A stretch of DNA of 64,000 nt from Octopus sinensis. Lineage: Eukaryota. Below are positions 40,935 through 54,408 of the stretch, piece by piece. The notes beneath the pieces were generated by a model that was not told the origin of the DNA, searched no databases, and worked only from the letters and a program-made list of their open reading frames with translations. The stretch's first letter is position 1; each line of letters begins with the position of its first letter. The stretch lies in assembly GCF_006345805.1 (NCBI RefSeq), contig NC_043003.1:50654001-50718000 (forward strand), written 5' to 3'. The position numbers were made by a program, and so were the translations under genes.

Positions 40935-41488
40935 GAACACTGAAAAGTGATATTTGGAGTAGTTGGTTCTGAGAGCTTGTTCTTGAGTGCTGCACACTAA
41001 TGCCTCAGTGAGCCCTTTTTAAGTCTCCTTTCTGCAGCCATTGCTAGTTTCTATTCCAATCAATCCCATCTTTATTCTTCAAGAACTGCTGTACATTTTC
41101 TTGTCCTGCCAAATTTTCTTCATCTGCTCTCTGGTCTTAAATTGTGTTGGATCTACAGCTTCGTTCACTTTTAAGGTTCGCTGCATTTTAACTTCTCCAA
41201 TCATTTCCTCCTTACGTCCCTTGACATACCAAGCCAGGCTATTCTCCTCTTCCCTTACACAACCTTCACAACTCAACAATCCCTGTCCTCCTTTCCTCAT
41301 TACATACAATCGTGACACATCACTCTTGAGGTGTAGTTCCTTGTTCATTGTCATTAATTTACGTGTTCTCCGGTCTATCTCTTGTAATTCTTGCTTCTTC
41401 AAAGATACTATTCCTGCCCCATATTTCATCAAAGCAACTGCTCACGTGTTAATTGCTCTAATCTTATAATGGCCATTTAGCTTCGATT
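40935..41488 (-). pseudogene. R4/Dong-type retrotransposon, post-RT region fragment
   Basis: KLNG..KIRAIN..AV..MKYGAG, IDRRTRKLMTMNKELHLKSDVSRLYVMRKGGQGL, and LQKGDLKRATEALVCAAQEQALRTNY. Confidence 0.85.
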
Positions 41489-41502
41489 GTTATTATTATT
41501 AC

Positions 41503-41545
<43 letters not shown>

Positions 41546-41547
<2 letters not shown>

Positions 41548-42050
41548 TTGTCTTTGCATAGAGTACGCTGGAGATGTACTATGGTACCAGCTGTTTACTA
41601 CCAGTGAACTAAGGTAACACCCCTTATTTTGGGGAGCACCATTCGGAATATTCGAGCAGTTCCAAACAATGTTGTTTTCTTCAAGTTCTCCACCCTTATT
41701 GCAGCTCCTATTTATTCCATGTACTTCTCAAAACTTTTCTCACTGTTCCCAGGGCTCCGACAATTACTGGCACTACTACCAGCTTTTTCAGCGACACCGA
41801 CTGCTTAATCTCCCACGCTAACCTCTCATATCTTTAATCTATCGACTTTTCTTTATTTCATATCGCATACCTTATTGTCAGCTAGGCGTGCTATATCTAT
41901 GATCTAGCATCATTACTTTCTTTCTCAATTAACACTATGCCTGGTTTCCTATTCTCTCTCTCATGGTCTCACTGAATCATAAAATCCCATAGGATTATCA
42001 TTTTCAATGATGCCTTCGGGTTTATAAGTTCCTACCACATTTTTGCTCTT
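41546..42050 (-). pseudogene. R4/Dong-type retrotransposon 3' end (RLE domain and 3' UTR) flanked by (TAA)n
   Basis: EGIIEN...WDF...RKP..., VVVPVIVGALGTV and LFGTARIFRMVL. (TAA)n at 41489-41545 and 42049-42090. Confidence 0.85.
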
Positions 42051-42559
42051 ATTATTATTATATTATTATTATTATTATATTATTATTATTTTCGATTATA
42101 GCAGAGGGGAAAACAAACAGTTCTTGTCACAAAATATTATCGTATTATTCGGTGTTCGATAGAAATATCATTAATGCAAAATGGTTTACCTAAAGAAGTA
42201 AAAATACCGCGAAGTAATGTTTTTGTGTGCATGCAAGTTTGATCTTTGTAAATAAAAGTTTTATTTATACTGTCACTTGTTCCGAGCTTTCCACATAAGC
42301 ATATCCGGGATGTTTGAATATGCTAGGTAAAATCTGGGGAATTATTGCCTCACATAGAAATAAGTAGGCGTTGGCGACAGGGAAGACATCCGGCCGTAAA
42401 AAAACTCTACTCCAATATGCTCTCCTTTGGCACTTGCAAGCAAGAAAAATTGACATTAAAACACTGATGATGGCGATGATGATACATAATTTACGTAATT
42501 ATGTGTGTGTGTGTGTGTATGTATTTTTGTGTGAAGTTATGTGTGTATGAATGCATTAA

Positions 42560-42841
42560 AAACCCCCATCGTTCATGAATGACCATGGAATTGCACCAAG
42601 AAAGTTCCCCTCAGAGGCACAAGTCCGGGAAAGATTGTATATGGAACACCACCGATGTCGTCCAAGGAAAAGGCCGATATAGCTTGGTACTAGTGACGTT
42701 ACAGTTCATTTCTACAACTGAGTGAACTGGAGCAATGTGAAATAAAATGTCTTAACTCAAGAACATAACACACAGCCTGGTCCGCGAATTGAACTCATAA
42801 TTATGAGCCCAGCGCTCTAAACACTGAGCCATATGCCTTCG
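42560..42841 (-). mobile_element. SINE with family D head and a different tail
   Basis: GCAATGTGAAATAAAATGTCTT...CAAGAACA...GAACTC...CACTGAGCCATATGCCTTC. Confidence 0.7.
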
Positions 42842-42849
42842 CATATATA

Positions 42850-43600
42850 TAGGCGTAGGAGTGGCGTATATAGGCGTAAGTAGCTTGCTTACGAACTATA
42901 TGGTTCCGGGTTCAGCCCCACTGCGTGGCACCTGGGGCAAGTGTCTTCTACTATAGCCTCGGACCGACCAAAGCCTTGTGAGTGGATTTGGTGGAGGGAA
43001 ACTAAAGAAACCCGTCTTTTATATGTATATATCACCGTGAGCACCGTGACTGACCAGGCTATCAGATGTTGCTACAAATCGCTGGTCACAATGCGCTTCG
43101 CATTGTTTTAGCTTTCAAATGACGCCACCCTGCTGGCTAAGCGAGCAGGCCAACAGAAGATAGAGTGAGAGAATGTTGTGGCGAAAGAGTACAGCAGGGA
43201 TCGCCACCACCCCATGCCGGAGCCTCGTGGAGCTTTAGGTGTTTTTCGCTCAATAAACACTCACAACGCCCGCTATGGGAATCGAAACCGCGATCCTACG
43301 ACCGCGAGTCCACTGCCCAAACCACTGGGCCATTGCACCTCCACATATGTATATATATGTATGTATATGTATATGCTTGTGTGTCTGCGTTTGTTTTTGT
43401 CCCTCCAACGTCGCTTGACAACCGATGCTGGTATGTTTACGTCCCCGTAACTGAGCTGTTCGGCAAAAGAGACCGATAGAATAAGTACTGGGTTTACAAA
43501 GAATAAGTCCTGGGGTCGACTTGCTCGACTAAAGGTGGTGCCCCAGCATGGCCACAGTCAAATGACTGAAATAAGTAAAAGAGTAAAAGAGTAAGAGAAT
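42850..43600 (+). mobile_element. SINE family B with a family C SINE (43030-43342, minus) nested in its internal microsatellite
   Basis: B head 42850-43020, then the C element, then B tail 43380-43593. Confidence 0.85.
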
Positions 43601-43603
43601 ATA

Positions 43604-44010
43604 TACTCTTTTACTCTTTTACTTGTTTCAGTCATTTGACTGCGGCCATGCTGGAGCACCGCCTTTAATCGAGCAACTCGACCCCGGGACTTATTCTTTT
43701 GTAAGCCCAGTACTTATTCTATCGGTCTCTTTTGCCGAACCGCTAAGTAACTGGGACATAAACACACCAGCATCGGTTGTCAAGCAATGCTAGGGAACAA
43801 ACACAGACACACAAACACACACACGCATATATATATATATACATATATACGACGGGCTTCTTTCAGTTTCCGTCTACCAAATCCACTCACAAGGCTTTGG
43901 TCGGACCGAGGCTATAGTAGAAGACACTTGCCCAAGGTGCCACGCAGTGGGACTGAACCCGGAACCATGTGGTTGGTAGACAAGCTACTTACCACACAGC
44001 CACTCCTGAT
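43604..44010 (-). mobile_element. SINE family B, tail-to-tail with the preceding copy
   Basis: TACTCTTTTACTCTTTTACTTGTTTCAGTC... through to the head at about 44005. Confidence 0.9.
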
Positions 44011-45049
44011 ATAAACAGTCGATGAAAAGAAAACGAAAATATAAAATTGCTGAGAATATTAGATATAAGTTCGCGGAAACAAAAGAAATTAATGGAAACC
44101 ACTTACGTTGGAGTAAACATCATATATAAGTTTAAAATCTAAGCCAATAAAGACATGATGTAAATCGATGAAAATAAAACAAAATGGATGAAAATAACAC
44201 ATAACATCAATGATTACAACATATAAAGTTGATGATAACAATTTATTAATCGATGAAAACAAAATATATGATGGCAGAGATAACGTATTTAGGTGAAAAT
44301 TAACGTATAAATAACATTATTATATTGGAGAGAAATATTTTATTAAGCTCACAGTTCTATATATTGCTAATATAGAACTTTTTGCTCTCCACTTAAAGTT
44401 TGAATTTATAATTAAATTTACACCAGGGAAACTTAATTATGCTGTTAATAAAATTTATGCAGCTAGAACTAATGGTATTAATATATTTATTGACTTTTTT
44501 TTCATTCTTTTGTTTATCTATAATTAATATTAGATTCGTATACGAGTTCCTAATACAGGTTCAAACTGGGATCCTAATATATTAGCTATTTTCAACGGCA
44601 ATTTTAATGAACATTCACACACATTATTAGCATTGTCTTGCCATAGTCAAGGCTGACTTGTAGTGAACCTGTTTATGTTTACAGCATTTTCAGAGATATC
44701 TACATGGTTTTCAGAGAAAGATTATACTTTACTAAGTAACCATCAACTTCGGAAAGGAGCTCCTGAACTCGTTTTGACAACCTGACAGAGCACTCGTTAG
44801 TTTTATAGTGACCCCACTGCGTACATTTGAAAATTTTATATTACACTCTGGCACCTTAATATAGGCAAGATCAAGATGCAACGGACTAGTGAGAAGCAGG
44901 TGCATCTTGGACATCGCTACTACATGCTATCGTTGAAGGAAAACGAACCGTCGTTAGTTTTCGTTTGCTGTCTGATGCTATTACTAGCTACAAACATTCT
45001 GAAATTGTACACAAACAAGATTCTACTATTAAGCATTGCGCAAATAGAA

Positions 45050-45060
45050 TCATCATCATT

Positions 45061-45095
<35 letters not shown>

Positions 45096-45460
45096 TATCA
45101 TCATCATCATCATCATCATCATCTTCTTCTTCTTCATCATCTTCTTCTTCTTCTTCTTCTTCTTCTTCTTCTTCTTCTTCTTCTTCTTCTTCTTCTTCTT
45201 CATCATCATCATCATCATCATCATCGTCTTCGTCTCTTCTTGCACTTCTTCCTCTTCCCTTCATGTTTCTCTCCTTCTCCCCTTTTCCTTCTCTACTCCT
45301 TCTCTTACGTGGTCTTCTTCTTTTTCTTCTTCTTCTTCTTCTTCTCCTACTCCTACAGCTTTTGGTCTCCCCTCCTTCTTCTCCTCGTTCTTCTCGTTCT
45401 TCTCGCCTTCTTTGTTTTCTCCTCCCTCCCCTCCTCTCCCCCTCCACCGCTTTTTTTCGC
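45050..45460. repeat. (TCA)n-(TCT)n-(TCA)n trinucleotide block and pyrimidine-rich tract
   Basis: Direct reading. It explains the poly-S, poly-E/D, poly-I/F and poly-K/M ORFs. Confidence 0.95.
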
Positions 45461-45976
45461 CTCCATCTTTTTTTCTCTCTCTTTTTAGACCCAGTTGATT
45501 ATCGCTTGGCTACACTAAAACATACATATTGTACTACATACAGCGCTATTGATTATCAATTCTAACAAAACACCCTTTATCTTCCCACTTGCTAAGCACT
45601 GCTAGCATCTTTTTAAAAAAAGAATTAGAAAAACACATAAACACACTCACCAAAAAAAAATAATAATAACAGCATAAAGCAAGGCTTAAATCTCTCTGAA
45701 CGAAAGAAAGAAGAGAAAAAAATCGCATAAAGGCCAAAGCTAAAACGAAGAACTCTACCGGTATAGATACAGCTCTAGGTTTTCAAAGGTTTATAAACTA
45801 AATGACTACCATATGCCTCGTCATGAACTAACAAAACTTAACCAAATTTATCGCAACGCTTGACGCGCCTCGATAGAAATGTCTCGTCCTTTAACACCAT
45901 ATGTTATTTTTCGCAGACTTCTTGAATTTTATACTTTAGATATATAACTAACCTGCTTTTTATTCTTCCTTGTTCA

Positions 45977-46162
45977 CTCATACATACATACATACATACA
46001 TACATACATACATACATACATACATACATACATACATACATACATACATACATACATACATACATACATACATACATACATACATACATACATACATACA
46101 TACATACATACATACATACATACATACATACATACATACATACATACATACATACATACATA
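45977..46162. repeat. Long pure (CATA)n microsatellite
   Basis: Direct reading. Confidence 0.98.
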
Positions 46163-46414
46163 CTCTCTTTTACTTGTCTCAGTCATTTGACTGTGGCCAT
46201 GCTGGAGCACTGCCTTTAGTCGAGCAAATGGACCCCAAGAATTATTCTTTGTAAGTCTATCGGTCTCTTTTGCTAAGTTACGGAGACGTAAACACACCAG
46301 CATCGGTTGTCAAGCAATGTTGGGGGGACAAACACAGACACACAAACGTATACACACACACACACACATACACACACATACACACACACACACACACCAC
46401 ACACACACACACAC

Positions 46415-46475
<61 letters not shown>

Positions 46476-46660
46476 TATATACATACATATATACGACAGG
46501 CTTCTTTCAGTTTCCGTCTACCAAATTCACTCACAAGGCTTCGGTCGGCCCGAGGCTATAGTAGAAGACACTTGCCCAAGGTGCCACGCAGTGGGACTGA
46601 ACCCTGAACCATATGGTTCGTAAGCAAGCTACTTACCACACAGTCACTCCTACGCCTATG
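46163..46660 (-). mobile_element. SINE family B
   Basis: Tail, (CA)n/(TA)n interior, head. Confidence 0.9.
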
Positions 46661-46680
46661 TGTATGTATGTACGTATTTT

Positions 46681-47200
46681 TTGCCAACAGAGAAAGAGCC
46701 GGTTTCTAACCTAGATCCAAGTTTTCTTCATTGGAATCTCAACAACATCAGCAGGATACTTTTGTATGTATGCATTTATACGTACATATTTGTATGTTTT
46801 GCTTCATGTATGTATTCTCATGCATACAGTTGCATATCTAGACATGCTCATGTATACTTAAATGATAAAATTCAGGGAAGTTTCACCGAATTTTTTCAGT
46901 TTCTGTATGTATGTATGTCATTGTTCAGTTTTATTTCAAGAAGTCTTGCCAATAGAGAAAGAGCCGGTTTTTAAGATAGACACAAGGCTCCTTCCTTGGA
47001 ATTTCAACATCAACAACAGGGCATTTTTGTATGTATGTATGTATGTATGTATGTATGTATGTATGTATGTATGTATGTATGTATGTATGTATGTATGTGT
47101 GCATCTTTGTATGTTTTGCTTTGTGTATGTATTCTCACTCATATAGTTGCATAGTTAGAAATGCTCTTATATATTTAAATGATAAACTTCTGGTAAGTTT
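46681..47200. repeat. Diverged tandem duplication (offset ~266 bp)
   Basis: TTGCCAA.AGAGAAAGAGCCGGTTT...TTAAATGATAAA occurs at 46681 and 46947. The second copy has an expanded (TATG)n. Confidence 0.85.
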
Positions 47201-47359
47201 TACAGATCTTTACGGCTCCATTGTTGGATTGGATGTATGTAGTGGGTTCCTTCGAGTCTTTCATTCGTAGTAAACTTTGTTGCGAAGTCTACACCATCAT
47301 CATCATCATCATCACCCTCATCGTCGTCATTGTCATCGTTATCATCAGAAAGTGTAGTA

Positions 47360-48046
47360 ATATTGGCTTCAAATTTTCACACAAGGTCAGCAATTTCGTG
47401 GGACGGGATAACTCGATTGCTGATTCTTATTTTATTGACCTCCTAACGGATGAACGGCAAATTCGATCATGGCGACATTTGGACTCAGAAAGAAAGACAG
47501 ACGAAATGTTGCTAAACTGTGTACCCGGCGTATTAAGGATTCTGTAAGATTGCCGTCTTATAACTAGTAGTAATATTAGTAGTTCAATAAAAGCAGTGAG
47601 TTGGCAGGATCGTTAACAGGCAGGGCAAACTGCCTAGTGGCATTTCATCTGTCTTTACGTTCAAATTCCTTCGAGGTCGACCTTGCATTTTATCGTTTCG
47701 GAGTCGATGAAATAAGTATCAGTTTGAGTATTGGGGTCGATGTAATCGACCTACCCTGCTGTCGTGATATTTCTGACATTAGTTGCTTAGCATCACCAAT
47801 ACCTATTTCTTTACTACCCACAAGGGGCTAAACAAAGAGGGGACAAACAAGGACAGACAAACGGATTAAGTCGATTATATTGACCCCAGTGCGTAACTGG
47901 TACTTAATTTATCGACCCCGAAAGGATGAAAGGCAAAGTCGACCTCGGTGGAATTTGAACTCAGAACGTAGCGACAGACGAAATACAACTGCTAAGCATT
48001 TCGCCCGGCGCGCTAACGATTCTGCCAGCTCGCCGTGATGCTCGCC
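47360..48046. mobile_element. Three SINE family A copies; the last is flanked by a 16-bp direct repeat
   Basis: 47360-47560 minus, 47595-47760 plus, 47800-48035 minus. TAGCATCACCAATACC occurs at 47788 and 48047. Confidence 0.8.
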
Positions 48047-48049
48047 TAG

Positions 48050-48369
48050 CATCACCAATACCAACAACAACCTCAGCAGCCACAACAACAACAGCAGCAG
48101 CAGCAGCCACAACAACAACAGCAGCAGTCACAACAACAGCAGCAGCAGCCACAAGAACTACAGCAGCCACAACAATACAGCAGCAGCCACAACAACAACA
48201 ACAGCAGCCACAACATTAAAAGCAGCAGACACAACAACAGCGACGGCGGCAGCAGCAGCAGCAGCCGTTCAAGAATTTGGACCTGGAGATCTCCATTTCG
48301 AGCGACTTCGAGGGCCACCTCCCGGTGGTGTCGGGCGTCAACGAAGAGCCCTCAACTACAACAAGATGA
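48050..48369 (+). other. CAA/CAG repeat followed by a short coding-like segment
   Basis: The open frame 48220-48369 ends QQQQPFKNLDLEISISSDFEGHLPVVSGVNEEPSTTTR. 26 of 29 codons in 48265-48351 end in G or C. Confidence 0.35.
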
Positions 48370-48518
48370 CCAAAGTTTTTTTTTCCGAGGTCTGGGGTCT
48401 CCCGCCCCTAAGCCCTAGACCATCACCTAATCACCCTTACCCGTCTTGTTGCTTAACAACAACAAAAACTACAGAAGCAGCATCAGTGGTGGTGTTGCTT
48501 CTGGTGCTGGTGTTTGCT

Positions 48519-48572
<54 letters not shown>

Positions 48573-49809
48573 TCAGCAGCAGTAGTAGCATTAGTAGTAG
48601 TTTACACAGCTATTTCACTAAAGTTTTAAACGCGAAATGACATTATTACTTTCTCTATTCAAATGAGCAATGAAATATCTGGAAATATTTCGAAGATCGC
48701 CAAATGGATAATATGTTCAAAAATTAATATTCAGAAAGCACGCCATTCATATTCTATCACCAAGGTTGACTTTGCATTTATCCTTTGCGAGATTGATGCA
48801 AAGCATAAGGCACAAGGCACACAAAATAATCGGTTGAAACCTTTGAAGGCTGTGACCCAATATGGCCGCAAGCCAATGGCTACAATCATGCTTACATATG
48901 ACCATTTACTTATTTTCTTTTAGTTTTAGGGATAACCTGGTTTTATGCGTTGTACTCTACCGTTACACAACTATGAACAGAGATGCTTCCTCCTACATAT
49001 ATCTTTAAGAACGAAGTGTAACGAAATTTTCGAATAAAAACTGACAAAATAATGCTTCCAATTACAGTAAAGTTTGAAGTAAAGAAATCAGGAATAAAAT
49101 TTGAACGGCTGGCAATATATATTCCAACTTTAAAACATTGCAGAATTCTGATAATAACGTAAACCCTATGTTTAACATTTTCGAAAAATGTAAACATTTC
49201 GACAAGCACTTTCTACGTAAGTGAAAACAACTGTAACTACCAAAAGGCTTACCAACACAATCTTTACATAATATAGGACATTTCGTTTCCCTTTCCTACA
49301 CATTAACTGATATACGCAACAGAACTAGGAATATATACGTTTCTGTGTTCTATGGTTAACATTTACTAGCTGATTGTACTTCAACTTAAACACTATCTTT
49401 ATTCTCTTTATCAGTTTACACCTGTTTCAGCTTCTTTCCTTACGTAACATTTTTCCATTTAAGTATAATTCATCTTGTTTTATTTATTTAACATTTTCTC
49501 TCGCATTTCATTTTTTATTTGTTTTTTTTTATGTACACATAAAGGAAAATAATTTATTTTTGTCCATCAAGATTATTTCCTATGCAACTGTCATCGCATA
49601 CAATGCTTCAATCGCAAAATTGTTTTTCAAAGTTTTTACACTGTGGTAAGATTTAAAACTAATATCGAGTACACAATCTCAGCTGGATAAATATATAATT
49701 AACCACTAATGGAGACATGAAACTCGTAGTAACAAACTTATACGCAATATCATTTATTTCTTTATGGATATATATCTATCTATCTATCTATCTCTTTCTC
49801 TCTCTCTCT

Positions 49810-49841
<32 letters not shown>

Positions 49842-49842
49842 T

Positions 49843-49929
<87 letters not shown>

Positions 49930-50568
49930 TATATGTGCGCGCGTGTGTGTGTGTGTGCGTGCGTGTGTGTTTGTGTATGCATACACATATGTAATTAACC
50001 TCAAATTATGGCATGAAACACGGAATAGCTAACCATTAGTGAATATAGGCAGACAGATAGATATAGATTTATATACATATACATACACACACACACACAT
50101 ACACACACACACACACATATATATATGTATTTATGTATGTATGTATGTATGTATTTAGATTGATAGAGAGAGAAAAAGAGAGAGAGGGAGCTAGAGAAAG
50201 AGAGAGAAAGAATAAGACATTGGTGGAAGATTTTGTTTTAGGAGACAATTATCTCAAATTCTCAGTCTATTGTGATTAAGCGCGTAAATGATTTTGGTGC
50301 TTAAAATAGGAAAATATGCCATCTACTAATCAGAAAGTTACGTGATATAGGTACATCAAGAAAAGTATGAAGGTTCTTTGTATTATGGTATATAGACAGA
50401 ACAGGATATATGTAACTATTACTATATATAAATGCCTTGTTTACACTAATTAAGATATGTCTTTTCATGAATGTCATGTTATAGCACACCTCCACCCACA
50501 CGTACCGACACACGCATTCCCCAACATACTAATCCACACACTTATGTACGTGTATATGAGTATGTGTT

Positions 50569-50609
<41 letters not shown>

Positions 50610-51154
50610 TTTATGAATATATGTATGTACATGCGAACGTATGCATACATGCCTCTGTGTGTGCGTGTTGTAACGCAGTGTGGAGGTACTAATCTTGTGT
50701 TTGTTGTTATATATTTGATCATAATGTTGTTGCTATTATTATTAGTTTTTGTTTTAATCCCCGAATCTGGCTTAATTGAGCCAACCTGTGATTAAGGGCA
50801 TTCCTTACATACCCGCCTTTTCACGAATATATCTTGATCAATATCATCTGATGTAGCTCCTTTCCTTTTTTAGACTGTTGGATGGGATTTAAGGCTCATT
50901 CGCCGATTGGCTACTATTTTGCGCTTTTGTAGAGCAACTGTGATGCGACTCCGTACCTGCCTCGTTGTTGCTATGGTTACTTGTGATTACTGTAAGCAGT
51001 TTTAGAGAATTGCAATACATACATACATATGTATATATATATGTATATATGTATGTATGTATAGATATATATATATATGTATGTATGTATGTATAGATAT
51101 ATATATGTATGTATGTATGTGTATATATATATATATATATATAGTTAATTCAAA

Positions 51155-51333
51155 CATGAACAATGAGAAAATACAACAAAGCGAGGACGTGGAACAAGTA
51201 TATTGTTAGTGGACGCTCGGGAAAGGAAAGAAAGAAGGAGGATTTAACGTTTCGAGCGGAGATCTTCGTCAGAAACATAGAAAAAGGAAAGGTCCCAAAG
51301 GAGGGAAGACGGAGAAAGAAAATCGCCAACGAT

Positions 51334-51345
<12 letters not shown>
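51155..51345 (-). mobile_element. Short PLE-derived element with a minimal hammerhead motif (51243-51275)
   Basis: Minus strand TTT-CTGACGA-A-GATC(tcc)GCTC-GAAA-CG-TT-AAA. Core intact, one mismatch in stem II, 3-bp stem I. Confidence 0.65.
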
Positions 51346-51365
<20 letters not shown>

Positions 51366-51424
51366 TTTGTTTGTTTTTTGTTTTTCCAGTTTCAGCTCTT
51401 GAGCTGTGGCCATGCTGGGGCACC

Positions 51425-51762
<338 letters not shown>

Positions 51763-53369
51763 ATATATATATATATACAAATTGATTGCTAATAGAATGC
51801 AGTATAGTGTATTCGTACATTGCATTTAGGTCTAATCTAGAACTGAACACAGTAAACCAAGATAGAGGAACTCATTAGGTAGAGAAATATTAATACTATA
51901 AGCTATTTCGTGAGTTATTTCACTCAGCCATTAGTTTTAATGCCAATATTGATTATGACTACCACGAGCGGTGCAAAAAGCTCAAAAATATGCCATGAAT
52001 TTATGACGTGAACAAGGGAAAATGTCACAGAATTTTCCTCTGATGTAGCGCAGAGGAACAAGAATTAGTGTTTATCAACCTTAATGTTTTTTTTATATTT
52101 TAATCCCACTTGAAATTTCTTTTCTTTCTGATGAAACGCTTCCATCCGAAACGTTACTTTCTATATCCTTCACAGACTAAAAATTATCCCTTGCTGTTTG
52201 AACTATATGTCATATTTTCTGTTGAAGCAGAACCTCACTATGTTTTTTTTTTTCGACTACAGCCTTTTTATATCATTACGAGAAGACTGGCACATAATTT
52301 ACAAAATTGGTAGAACAACGGATAAAACGAACTGCGGTATTTAGTTACATAAACTCATGCTTTACGTTTTCAGTTTTAATCCTGCTAAGGCAGACTTTGT
52401 CTTTCATCCTTTTGAGGACGATAAATTACTACCAATGAAATAGTGGAGTTGATAGTATAGCAACTCTTCGTTTCCCAACATTACGAGTCTTATATCGCTG
52501 TTGGAAACGTATATTGTCAACAACATTCTGATCGTTTGTTTCATTTCTCGTATGCTGATACCCTTGAGAGTGTGAAAAGAGCTGAAACGTGTAAAATTAG
52601 AATTAGAAAAACATATTTTATTAAATTTCTGCTGGTGTCACGGGGGTATTCCTGGTATTCTCTCCAAACATTGACAAATTTCTCCGTTTGTTGCAGCAGG
52701 TACTATGGTTATGTTCCTTGTCTATCTCCTCCCTGTATACACTAATCCAGGAGATCTAAAGAAAAATACTTTCCATCTGTAATCAAATTCCACCTGCAAT
52801 CAAATTCAACGCTTGGATGTACTTTAAAGGAGATTTTGTTGTTATTTCAAGTCAATCAGGTGGCCACATACGAGTACCATTGTTAGCTTCCAGTTATTTT
52901 TTTGCTCCTATAGTTACTGTTCCTTGTATAGGTTTACAAGATGAAGTTATCCGAGATCAGGGCGCCAAGATATGGGAACCCTCATCTATTAGAATGCTGT
53001 CATCGATAATTAAGAGACACACCCTGTGACATCGCTAAAAAGGTTGTGAAACGTATACTTTATTGTTAATGTTGTAGATTTTTCACATGATAACGGTATC
53101 TCCAGATACTATGTGTAAATAAGTTCCAATAATCGCTTTTATAATACGCCTAATGATATTTTTCTGTTATTATTAAGAGAACTGTGCTCACTGGTATCGG
53201 TAGGGGGAATACAAAATGCCTTACGTTATTCAACTATGCTTTTTACTCTATGAGTTCAAACCCTCTAGAAATCAATAGCTTAAGTAATAATCAAATATTG
53301 GAACTAATTTAATCGATTACACTACTTTCTTAAAATGTGTATAGTTGTTCCAAATATTGATTTCAACTT

Positions 53370-53573
53370 TTGGTACAAGGCTAGCAATTTCGGAAAGGAG
53401 ATAAGTCGATTATATCGAACCCCATTATCTACCGGTACAAATTTTATCCACCTCGAAAGGATGACAGGCAAAGTCGATCTCGGTTAAAATTTGAAATCAG
53501 AATGTAAAGACGGAAGAAATACTGCTAAGTATTTTGCTCGGTGTGCTAACGATTCTGCCAGCTCGTCGCCTTA
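53370..53573 (-). mobile_element. SINE family A
   Basis: Core and head GCCAGCTCGTCGCCTTAA. Confidence 0.8.
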
Positions 53574-54326
53574 AACTCATTCCAAATATTAGTAATTGTT
53601 ATCAGTATTCGAGGAGGAGGGCAAGCACAATCTGTCCCTATCCCGTATTGCTCGGTTGTATCCGATCAATTCTAGACTAAAATAACAGAAATGAAGTTTG
53701 CTTTTCATTACTCCATGAGCTATAAAATCAGTATCAGTAATATCCTCGGCCTGAAAACTAATACCAGAAATCTGTTTAAGTTCACATACAATCCACTATA
53801 CGTCTGTTATATAATGCAAATGTTAGAAATCAGAATTATCAATATCACTTTCGTTTTGTTGGTGATTACCTCTTTGATATATTCTCACATACTACATTCT
53901 TGGAATAAACTCCATTTAATGTCTTCATGGCCTGTAATTAACTTAAGTTAAGAAGAGAAGAAAAATATAGGTTGCGTATGTGCAGGGGTCTGGGGGAATA
54001 TAAAGATATTACGAAAGTGTGAGGAAGGGATCATCGCAACCAACCAATTATTATTGTTGCTTCTGTTACTGATATTTCATGTTTTGCAATGTTCTTTAGT
54101 AATTTTGGGACCCAACATTGTCTGAAAGCTGGTGAAAAGGTAATTAAAAGCGAAAGAGAAGAGAAAGAATAATGACCGACTAAGTGACTCATTTACAGAA
54201 TTGCGACTAATTGGTAGAGTGATACATAACAAAAATACCAGTTAGGTACCGTAGCTAAGAGCTGCATGTTAAATGGCGTCACTTATCTTTTTAATCTCGA
54301 GTGACTGACGAAAAGAATGTATTACA

Positions 54327-54408
<82 letters not shown>

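Noticed and set aside
44876-45565. 229-aa poly-Ser ORF and antisense acidic ORF
   Set aside because: Both are explained by (TCA)n/(TCT)n expansion, and several frames are open for the same reason.
48930-49225. Candidate exon ending at GTAAGT, and an 88-aa antisense ORF
   Set aside because: No frame is open from the acceptor to the donor, and there is no recognisable homology.
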